Virus record (IMG/VR): IMGVR_UViG_3300020403_000054
Location: 1-30,248 of that record
Length of the DNA stretch: 30,248 nucleotides
Strand: one strand, 5' to 3'
Source: a virus
Taxonomy: Duplodnaviria; Caudoviricetes
Made by a program: the position numbers and the translations under genes. Shown piece by piece: positions 7,905 to 15,610 of the stretch; the first letter of the stretch is position 1; each line of letters opens with the position of its first letter. Under the pieces are notes generated by a model. That model was not told where the DNA came from. It saw only the letters and a program-made list of their open reading frames with translations, and did no database searches.

Positions 7905-8206
7905 TTTTCTGGATTGGATTTACCCTCATGGTCTTAAATGAGGGTTTTGTTATGATGAGGCATGTATCTCCTTTCTTTGATAACCTAAGAAAGAAGGTAA
8001 TTAAGAATTTGGGCGAGAATCGGTGGTATCGTCTTCATGGCACTCTAGATTACACTTGGATAGCTCTCGTAACACTAGGATTAATAATAAACTCCTACAG
8101 ATTAATGCACTTGCTTTTTGTGATTGCATTCTGGGTGTTGTCTTATTGTATTTTTTACTTACCAAGGAAACTTAATAACCGCCATAACCTCCATAACCAC
8201 CACTAG
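7901..8206 (+). CDS. Multi-pass membrane hypothetical protein
   Basis: ATGA overlap at 7901; three hydrophobic segments; LNEGFVMMRH motif. Confidence 0.65.
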   Translation: MIFWIGFTLMVLNEGFVMMRHVSPFFDNLRKKVIKNLGENRWYRLHGTLDYTWIALVTLGLIINSYRLMHLLFVIAFWVLSYCIFYLPRKLNNRHNLHNHH

Positions 8207-9149
8207 ACCCACTACTTCCGCTACTTCCACTGCCACTGCTACTGCTACTGGAAGATGAAGAAGAAGACGACTCTGACGCTGTTTCTGTAATCGCTGTATT
8301 ACTGGAAGCAGCGTTTCCTGTTGATGATACCTGAGTTTCAGTAGTTGTTACTGTTGTGCTACCATCTGCAAGTTGCTGTCCTTCCTCAATAGTTGCACCT
8401 GAGGTATCAACCGTAATATTTCCAAAGTCTTGTTGGACTGCAAAGTCGACAGATGGGGTTTGACCGATATTTGTGGAATATGTAGGTTTGACAGGTATAA
8501 AGTTTTCTTTGATAGCATCTGTAGTTTTCTTGAAACCTGTATTATCGTCAACTTCTCTAGAATCCTCATATTGCACAAGTGTCTGGAATTCTTCTAAGAA
8601 TGTAGTTAAGAATGGTCTGCGTAATATGTAAATATTGCGTTTGTAGTCATTTTGCTTTGCCTCATACTCATAATTTGTAATTGGTTGAATCAACTCTGAT
8701 GGAGGGACTACTGTGCCATCGGGACGTCTATATGTGAAATTATGTGGCACTGTTAGACCTTCTCTCAATATAACATTACCATGTCCATCTTTTACTTCCA
8801 TAGATTCATGGTGATGTATTCCTTCTGCTGAGGGATACTTACTAACGCAATAATTATATAATTCATCCTCAGTCATAGGCCACTCATCATATAAGTTGAT
8901 AATATTGTTTGTCATCATGATAACCCAATCATATTCTGGGTCACCATAAAATTTCTGACTTACGGAATCAGGTCTTTCGTTGTTTCCTATAGTATATTGA
9001 GTAAAACCAGTAATAAAACCTTCAACATCGTCTCTTATCTTAACTCTACGGAATAGATTTTTTACCAATACATATGGGTCAACATTATTCTGACGATAAG
9101 TTGATGTCCTTACATATACATTGGGTAAATATGAAAAATAATTACTCAT
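8172..9149 (-). CDS. gp53: Baseplate wedge subunit gp53 with Ser/Gly-rich C-terminal extension
   Basis: YFSYLPN, ERPD.VS.KFYGD.EYDWVI...NNI...EWP, HH.E and NYEYE...N..KRNIYILR motifs. Confidence 0.92.
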   Translation of the reverse strand: MSNYFSYLPNVYVRTSTYRQNNVDPYVLVKNLFRRVKIRDDVEGFITGFTQYTIGNNERPDSVSQKFYGDPEYDWVIMMTNNIINLYDEWPMTEDELYNYCVSKYPSAEGIHHHESMEVKDGHGNVILREGLTVPHNFTYRRPDGTVVPPSELIQPITNYEYEAKQNDYKRNIYILRRPFLTTFLEEFQTLVQYEDSREVDDNTGFKKTTDAIKENFIPVKPTYSTNIGQTPSVDFAVQQDFGNITVDTSGATIEEGQQLADGSTTVTTTETQVSSTGNAASSNTAITETASESSSSSSSSSSSSGSGSSGSSGSSGGYGGYGGY

Positions 9150-10171
9150 GATTTTTCTCCTCTAGTATTGTATCCATAACTCTGACGAGTAAGTAGAGAT
9201 GTTTCTTTGAATGATAAACTCATATTATATGCTACAGGACCGAAGTCATATGTGCTATTCAAGGGGTCATTTGTTTTAAGGGACGCATACGGTCCGTATG
9301 GTGATAAATCCACTTCCATGTTAGACAATACCATTTTGGATGGGAATTGCATCAATTTCTGTAAGACACCTTTATTTGTTGACCCACCAGTAGCAGGATA
9401 TAAGGTTTCATTCTCCTCACTAGACACAAGTCTTACTATTTCAATTTTGAAGTAATCGGGTATAGTCAACCACATACTGTCATCCTTACCTGGTAACATA
9501 GCAACACGAAATGTCTCTATTATATTAAGGACAGTCTCTACATCAGATGAATTCTTAGGTGCAAACAAGAAATCAAACTTATGGTCTCTAAACTCTACAC
9601 CTTGAAATATAGTCTCTTCATATGGGTTAAATACCTTTCCTGTAGTTAACGCTGCTAAGTCATTTGAGTTTAATTGACCGCCACCACCAAATTTCAGCAC
9701 TTTGTTGATAACATCAGCACCTATTCCAAACCCTGCTACAGATTTTCCAGACTCTGCCATTTTCTTGACAGTATCACCAAAAGAGTCTCCAATACCACCT
9801 GATGCTATAGCTTCTGATGCTGCTCCGACTGCACCTACACCCAAAGGTCCTAACTTTACACCGTTATATTTTGCTTGATATCCTTCTCTGAGTTTATTTG
9901 GAAGATATAGATATACACTCTTCTTTACCTTATCGTTGTTTGCTAAATTCTTTTTAGAGTTATTATAACTACTATTATTACCCTCTTTGGGGTCATAAAT
10001 AGTTATCTTAAGGTAGTCGACTACCTCAGTCCCATTTGCCTTATCTCTTGATATTGCATCTTGTGCTGATGATGAGTTAGCACCATAGGGCTTACTACGA
10101 GGGAACACGAGGGTTTCTCCTCCTCCTCCCATCTTTGCTCCATACGGATTTGCCCAAGTACCTAATGCCAT
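9146..10171 (-). CDS. gp48: Baseplate tail tube cap gp48
   Basis: LYLP, FNPYEETIFQGVEFR.H.F.F.FAPKN..D...V..II..FR and LSFKET motifs; adjacent to gp53. Confidence 0.88.
   Translation of the reverse strand: MALGTWANPYGAKMGGGGETLVFPRSKPYGANSSSAQDAISRDKANGTEVVDYLKITIYDPKEGNNSSYNNSKKNLANNDKVKKSVYLYLPNKLREGYQAKYNGVKLGPLGVGAVGAASEAIASGGIGDSFGDTVKKMAESGKSVAGFGIGADVINKVLKFGGGGQLNSNDLAALTTGKVFNPYEETIFQGVEFRDHKFDFLFAPKNSSDVETVLNIIETFRVAMLPGKDDSMWLTIPDYFKIEIVRLVSSEENETLYPATGGSTNKGVLQKLMQFPSKMVLSNMEVDLSPYGPYASLKTNDPLNSTYDFGPVAYNMSLSFKETSLLTRQSYGYNTRGEKS
9995..10001 (+). promoter_or_regulatory. Candidate late promoter (ATAAATA) for gp4, embedded in gp48
   Basis: cATAAATA on the + strand about 180 nt upstream of the gp4 ATG. 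Confidence 0.4.
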
Positions 10172-10181
10172 TTTGTTATTT

Positions 10182-10616
10182 ATGTCTTATTCGGGAAAAT
10201 ACAAACCAACCAATAGATTCAAATACAAAGGAGACCCGACTAACATTATTTATAGGAGTTTATGGGAAAGAAAGTTTATGGTCTGGTGCGACAAGAACGA
10301 AAACGTAATAGAGTGGGGAAGTGAAGAAATCGTTATACCTTATATCAGTCCTGTCGATAGGCGGGTTCATCGCTATTTCCCAGACTTTTATGTCAGAGCA
10401 AGGACTAAAACTGGGAGGACAGAGAAGTTTGTTATTGAGGTCAAGCCTCATAAGCAGACGTCACCTCCCAAAAAACAACGCAGAGTTACAAAGAAATATC
10501 TAACAGAAGTTAAGACATACTGTGTAAACGAGGCAAAATGGAAAGCAGCGATTGAGTATTGTAAAGACCGTCGTATGCAATTCAAGATACTTACAGAGCA
10601 CGAGTTAAAAGTATGA
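10182..10616 (+). CDS. gp4: Head completion nuclease gp4
   Basis: YSGKY.P.N..KYKGD...IIYRSLWE, WGSEE, HRYFPDF, IEVKP, NEAKW.AA and LTE; start moved to ATG 10182. Confidence 0.95.
   Translation: MSYSGKYKPTNRFKYKGDPTNIIYRSLWERKFMVWCDKNENVIEWGSEEIVIPYISPVDRRVHRYFPDFYVRARTKTGRTEKFVIEVKPHKQTSPPKKQRRVTKKYLTEVKTYCVNEAKWKAAIEYCKDRRMQFKILTEHELKV
10247..10254 (-). promoter_or_regulatory. T4 late promoter TATAAATA for gp48-gp53, embedded in gp4
   Basis: + strand TATTTATA is a perfect minus-strand TATAAATA, about 75 nt upstream of the gp48 ATG. Confidence 0.65.
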
Positions 10617-11083
10617 GTATTTTCTCAGAAATAAAAGATGCCACAAAAGGGCAGTATAAGACTAAAGAGTGGTATCGTGCACAACTGGTAGATAGACTTC
10701 AACCGTTTAGTGGAATACTTGGGGTAGGTGATATTATATTTTATCAGTATGCAGCACAGACAGAATTACTACCTTTCTTTGATACATATCCTATGACACT
10801 CGTTAGTGATGTAGATTTCAATAAAAGGCAGTTTTCTGGTGGAAATTTACATTATTTACGTCCATCAGTCAGACAGGGAGTAGCATCTTCGTGGTCATCA
10901 GGCACACAAGCATTTCCTAAGCGATGTTACCATAAATACTTCATGTCAAGTGCTACGAATATGTACATAGTCCCTAAAGAAGAGCTAAAAAACTTTACAC
11001 CATTACCAGTTGAGCAGTTTGTTAGGGATGTCATGGGTAGATATGTCGAGATTCCCAGTAGTTTTATATGGAGTAGACTCTAA
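10613..11083 (+). CDS. gp2: DNA end protector protein gp2-like
   Basis: FY.Y.A....LPFFD.YP, G.NLHYL and YHKY motifs; follows gp4. Confidence 0.8.
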   Translation: MSIFSEIKDATKGQYKTKEWYRAQLVDRLQPFSGILGVGDIIFYQYAAQTELLPFFDTYPMTLVSDVDFNKRQFSGGNLHYLRPSVRQGVASSWSSGTQAFPKRCYHKYFMSSATNMYIVPKEELKNFTPLPVEQFVRDVMGRYVEIPSSFIWSRL

Positions 11084-11823
11084 TGTCAGCTAATTCATTT
11101 GCTCGTTTTAAGGATATAGTCGGGTCTGGATATAAAACCCCAGCTAAGTCTAATCTTTTTGAAGTTAGAATTCCTATACCACCGTCTGTATTGCTAAAAG
11201 AAGAAACCTTTGGCACTGCTAGAAGCACTGTGGAGCATGCTGATGCTATGAATTACCTTGCGGGTAGTGTAACTGTGCCTGGCAGAAGAGTAACAACAAG
11301 TGAAGTAAGAGATATTGGTGTATCTCGTAAATTTGCCACTAACACAGCATTTGGAGATTTACAGGTAGAATTTATAGTAACCAGAGACCAATATCATCGT
11401 GATTTCTTTGAGACTTGGATGCAGAGCACAGCATCAGATTCAGAAAATAGAGTAGGATTATATGAAGAGTATACATCTACAATATCAGTCCTTAAATGGG
11501 AAAATGGGTCAAATATAGTCTATGAAGACCCAAGTGGCAAGTATAAAGGCACAAGATTAAATCGCTCATCTGCTGTATGGCAAATGTATGGTGCATTCCC
11601 ATATGACATGTCAGAGCAGACACTTACTAACGGACCTACTGACTTAATGATGCTCAATGTAAACTTTTTCTTTGAGAGATATAGATTTGACAAGATAGGC
11701 AATCGTAGTGTAGCATTTGGAAAAGTAGGACAAGGAGACATCAAAGTGACTAATTTTGAAAACGTTGCAACTCAACTTGGATTTGTATTAGAGCAGAAAG
11801 ATGTTGCCTCTGTGGGTGTCTAA
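11083..11823 (+). CDS. Tail tube initiator gp54-like (tail-tube fold)
   Basis: NLFEV.I, V.VPGR...T, FFE.W.Q and GAFP motifs; position between gp2 and gp26. Confidence 0.7.
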   Translation: MSANSFARFKDIVGSGYKTPAKSNLFEVRIPIPPSVLLKEETFGTARSTVEHADAMNYLAGSVTVPGRRVTTSEVRDIGVSRKFATNTAFGDLQVEFIVTRDQYHRDFFETWMQSTASDSENRVGLYEEYTSTISVLKWENGSNIVYEDPSGKYKGTRLNRSSAVWQMYGAFPYDMSEQTLTNGPTDLMMLNVNFFFERYRFDKIGNRSVAFGKVGQGDIKVTNFENVATQLGFVLEQKDVASVGV

Positions 11824-11826
11824 ATA
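11820..11826 (+). promoter_or_regulatory. Late promoter variant CTAAATA upstream of gp26
   Basis: TAAATA core at a gene junction, 21 nt before ATG 11848. Confidence 0.6.
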
Positions 11827-11847
11827 AAATTATAATAATGTTTCATT

Positions 11848-12552
11848 ATGCCATTACCTAAATTAGCCATACCTGAGTATGAGTTGGAGTTACCTCTTAC
11901 AGGTACAAAAGTTACGTATAGACCTTTTCTTGTAAAAGAAGAGAAATTACTTTACCTTGCTATGGAGTCGCAAGACAACAAGCAGATGGTAAAAGCGGTT
12001 AAGACTATTATCAAAAACTGCACAAATCTAAAAGGCAATGTAGACAACCTCGCTACTTTTGAGATTGAATACATCTTCCTCCGCATTAGAGCGGTTGCAG
12101 TTGGTGAGATTAGTGAATTTAAGATTACCGCACCTGATGATGACGAGACATCTGTTGCTGTCAAAGTACCTTTGCAGGAAGTAGATGTGCAAGTCCCCGA
12201 TGGTCATGACAAGAAGATTCAACTTGATGACAAGATTGGTATTGTAATGAAGTATCCTTCATTGGATGCGTTTATTCAACAGAATATGAGTGAGAATCCC
12301 ACTGTAGATGACATCTTTGAGATGGCAGCTAAGTGTATTGACCAAGTATATGATGAAGAAGAAGTTTATGATTCCTTCTCCCATAAAGAAGCACTAGAGT
12401 TTCTAGAGAATCTAAATTCTGAGCAATTCGCATTGATACAGAATTTCTTTGAAACTATGCCCAAACTATCACACACTATTGAGGTATATAACCCCAAGAC
12501 CAAAGTTAAAAGTGAAGTAGTTTTAGAAGGGTTAGCGTCTTTTTTCGAGTAG
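11848..12552 (+). CDS. gp26: Baseplate hub assembly protein gp26
   Basis: MPLPKL..P.YEL.LP, YRPFLVKEEKLL, IEYIFL.IRA.AVGE, MKYP, FFETMPKL and LEGLASFF. Confidence 0.92.
   Translation: MPLPKLAIPEYELELPLTGTKVTYRPFLVKEEKLLYLAMESQDNKQMVKAVKTIIKNCTNLKGNVDNLATFEIEYIFLRIRAVAVGEISEFKITAPDDDETSVAVKVPLQEVDVQVPDGHDKKIQLDDKIGIVMKYPSLDAFIQQNMSENPTVDDIFEMAAKCIDQVYDEEEVYDSFSHKEALEFLENLNSEQFALIQNFFETMPKLSHTIEVYNPKTKVKSEVVLEGLASFFE
12540..12546 (+). other. Candidate -1 programmed ribosomal frameshift site (T TTT TTC) joining gp26 and gp51
   Basis: X XXY YYZ heptamer in the correct phase, one sense codon before the gp26 stop; the -1 frame is open into gp51. Confidence 0.6.
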
Positions 12553-12557
12553 CATTG

Positions 12558-12743
12558 ATGCATGACAGTCTTGAGAATTATTACAAGACTAACTTCGCAT
12601 TAATGCAGCATCATAAGTATAGTTTAACTGAGCTAGAGAATATGATGCCATGGGAGCGTGATGTTTACGTTAATTTGCTTTTGGCATTCATCCAAGAGGA
12701 AGAGCGAAGACAAAAAGCAGAAAATAATCGTATGTCTCTCTGA
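12558..12743 (+). CDS. gp51: Baseplate hub assembly catalyst gp51 (short form; possibly expressed as a gp26 frameshift extension)
   Basis: LENYYKTNFALMQHHKYSLTELENMMPWERDVYV.LL signature. Confidence 0.9.
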   Translation: MHDSLENYYKTNFALMQHHKYSLTELENMMPWERDVYVNLLLAFIQEEERRQKAENNRMSL

Positions 12744-15610
12744 TGGCAGCAAAACTAAGAAAATTTGTTACTATCAATAAGTTTTCCTCCAAGACTGAGG
12801 TGGGAGACGCTTTTAACGAGCTCAGAAAAGGTATCAACCGTGCAGGGGGTGTTGTTGACAATATTGGTCAAAACGTTTATCAACAGTCGACTATATTAAA
12901 GTTTCAAGCAGAATATCTCACTGACCAAGGGGTAAGACAGGTAAAAATTGTCAAAAAAGGACAGAGACAGAAGAATACATTTTTTAAGGACTTTAACAAA
13001 CGTCTTAAAAGGATGTTTGGGAAGAAGAAGCGACAGAAAGCAGAAGATGCTGCAGAATCTGGTGTAAAGGCAGGAGCAAAGGAGGCAGATAAGAGGTTTA
13101 AGACAATTCGTAAACCTATAGAAAGTTTTATCGGGATGCTCGGTAAGACTTTAGGCACTATGGTCAAATGGTTTGTGATATATGGTGCATTAGATTTTAT
13201 ACAGAAAAACCCAGAGCAAGTAACGAAATTAGTTAAATTCTTCTTTACTCTAGGTAAATTCGCATTTAAAATAGCATCATTTGGTGTTGGTGGTGTATTA
13301 GGTGGTCTCAGTAATACATTTGGAGACCTTAGTGATAAGAATATAGTAGAAAGAGGAATGCGTCGTTTTGTCGGAGTATTCCAGATAATTGGTGGTATTG
13401 CAGCATTAAGGACAGCTCAGTATCTTATAATGCCATGGAAATTGATACAGGATGTCAAAGGTATCAATAGCATATTTGATAAGACTGCAGAAACCACAGA
13501 AGAATTGAGAGCATCTAGTAAAGCTAGAATAAAAGGGTATAGAGATAAGAAAACAGGAGTCATATACTCAGAGAAAGAATATCAGGCAATGCAAAAGTCA
13601 GCTCAGAGAGCTGATTCCAAACGTGCTGCGAAAGCAGGCAGAGGAATGAAGTCTGACCTATATTCAAAACAATTTAAGGATAGATTTCAAACACAGTTTA
13701 AAGGTAAGAAGAAGGGTCCTCTAGCAAAACTACAGCAGAGAGGTAGGATTGGTCGTAATAAGATGGGTAAAGGTCTTGGTAAGTTTGCCAAGAAAGTTGG
13801 TGCAGGGAAGATAGCAGGCGGTCTTAGTATTATTGGTGGTGTCACACGTATTGCAGGAGGACTAGCACAAGGAGAGCAAGCGGGTGAGGCAGTCGGTGCG
13901 GGTGTAGGTCAAGCAGTCGGTGGTATTGCAGGAGCAGCAGCATTAACAGCAGTTGCACCATTCTTAGGACCTTTCGCACCTATGATTGGTAGTGCTATTG
14001 GTGGTTTCTTAGGAGAGTGGGTAGGAAAGTCATTTGGTAAGATGGCACAACCTATATTTGAGCCTTTAGGTAGAGCATTTAAAATGTATATGGAGTTGGC
14101 AAAGGCATTATATAAACCTTTCGCTGACAAACTAGGACCTTTACTTGGTGACTTATTTGAGGTTTTAGGCACTCTTGGTAAGATGCTGTGGGACTACACA
14201 AAACCATTAAGAGATTTCTATGGGTTTGTTTTTGCCACAGGATTTAAAGTAATAGGTAAGACGGTAGGGTTTATTGTCAGAAATGCTAAACGATTGTTGA
14301 ATCCAAAAAGTGTGGTAGCAGGGTTTGCAGATGCATTGACATTAAACCTGTTTGACTTTGATGGAGAGAGGACTGCATCAGGTGATAAGGCATGGTGGGA
14401 CGTAGGTGGTGTCTTTACTGGTGACAACGCAAAAAAAGATAAGAAAAATAAGGCATGGTGGGACCCAGCTGGATTGTTTTCTGGCGACAGCAAGGCATGG
14501 GGTGGACATGTCGGTGCTCAGTTTGATGAGTTAGCAACAGCATTTAAACAGCAACAGTTTGCAGAAGGTGGTTTAGTCAGTTGTTTCGACACACTGATGA
14601 GGATTGCAGGACATAATCCATCTCAGAGGTTACAGGAGTTTGAGTCGGGTGGTAAGGTATTGACTGTGCCCTACTATAATCAGAGAGCAAATGATGATGA
14701 CCCCGAAGGTCGTAAAGGAGATACACAATGCTATTCAACTGTCATGGCAATGTGGACGAGTTATTTGACAGGTAATACTGTAACTACAAAAGAATACAAT
14801 AAGACAAGACATAAGTATGGCACGTCAACTGATGCTGCAGCACAACAGAAAGCATTGAAAGATTATGGCATTGATAGTAAGTTAGAGACTGGTGTGCAGG
14901 GGTATGATAACTTAAGAAAAGAGATAGATGATGGATACCCAGTCCCTCTTGGGATGAAGTATACAGGCACTGGTCACTGGGCTATGCTAACAGGTTATTC
15001 ACCGTTAGGATGGATTGTGCATGACCCCTTTGGTCAATTAGGTATGGGTGGCACTTGGCTCAAGAAAAACTCACAAGACAGTAAGACTGATGGTGTAGGT
15101 AAGTCTTATCTTATGAAGCGAGATATATTCCAAGACCAGTCACCTGAGAATGATATTTGGATGTGGAGAGCACCTAGAGGTCTAAAAGAGATTACAAAAC
15201 CTAAGACAGAAGAAGCAGAGAAGGAAGAGGCAAAGAAAAAAGCATGGTGGGACCCATTGGGTGTGTTTACTGGTAAAGATAAGAAGATTAAAACAGTTAA
15301 AACTAAAACAGGAGACGACGATGAGAAAGAAGGAGGCACTCCTCTAGAGAAACTATTAGGCAGTCTTGAGGGTGACTTGAAGAAGATGTCAGAAATGATT
15401 AACACTTCAGATGATACTCAACAGACATTTACATTCAACGATAACGCTCTATTATCTAAAGCACAGAGGGATGCTGATGAAGAATTAGAGTCTAATGTTG
15501 TTTTCGTAACTCAAACTATTGAGAAACCCATAATAAATACAGTTGGAGGAGACCAACCTGTAATTTCTTATGTCTCTAACAATAACGGAATGCTAACGAA
15601 TGGCAACTAA
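12743..15610 (+). CDS. Tape-measure-like tail protein A with C39-like peptidase domain
   Basis: 955 aa; helical, Gly/Ala-rich hydrophobic repeats; VPYYNQ..QC..GHW..HDPFG domain; located after gp26/gp51 and before the hub gene. Confidence 0.7.
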   Translation: MAAKLRKFVTINKFSSKTEVGDAFNELRKGINRAGGVVDNIGQNVYQQSTILKFQAEYLTDQGVRQVKIVKKGQRQKNTFFKDFNKRLKRMFGKKKRQKAEDAAESGVKAGAKEADKRFKTIRKPIESFIGMLGKTLGTMVKWFVIYGALDFIQKNPEQVTKLVKFFFTLGKFAFKIASFGVGGVLGGLSNTFGDLSDKNIVERGMRRFVGVFQIIGGIAALRTAQYLIMPWKLIQDVKGINSIFDKTAETTEELRASSKARIKGYRDKKTGVIYSEKEYQAMQKSAQRADSKRAAKAGRGMKSDLYSKQFKDRFQTQFKGKKKGPLAKLQQRGRIGRNKMGKGLGKFAKKVGAGKIAGGLSIIGGVTRIAGGLAQGEQAGEAVGAGVGQAVGGIAGAAALTAVAPFLGPFAPMIGSAIGGFLGEWVGKSFGKMAQPIFEPLGRAFKMYMELAKALYKPFADKLGPLLGDLFEVLGTLGKMLWDYTKPLRDFYGFVFATGFKVIGKTVGFIVRNAKRLLNPKSVVAGFADALTLNLFDFDGERTASGDKAWWDVGGVFTGDNAKKDKKNKAWWDPAGLFSGDSKAWGGHVGAQFDELATAFKQQQFAEGGLVSCFDTLMRIAGHNPSQRLQEFESGGKVLTVPYYNQRANDDDPEGRKGDTQCYSTVMAMWTSYLTGNTVTTKEYNKTRHKYGTSTDAAAQQKALKDYGIDSKLETGVQGYDNLRKEIDDGYPVPLGMKYTGTGHWAMLTGYSPLGWIVHDPFGQLGMGGTWLKKNSQDSKTDGVGKSYLMKRDIFQDQSPENDIWMWRAPRGLKEITKPKTEEAEKEEAKKKAWWDPLGVFTGKDKKIKTVKTKTGDDDEKEGGTPLEKLLGSLEGDLKKMSEMINTSDDTQQTFTFNDNALLSKAQRDADEELESNVVFVTQTIEKPIINTVGGDQPVISYVSNNNGMLTNGN

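Noticed and set aside
8176-8280. Short tandem DNA repeats (ccataacc/ctact/gaaga)
   Set aside because: Explained by Ser/Gly/Tyr codons of the gp53 tail; not an independent repeat element.
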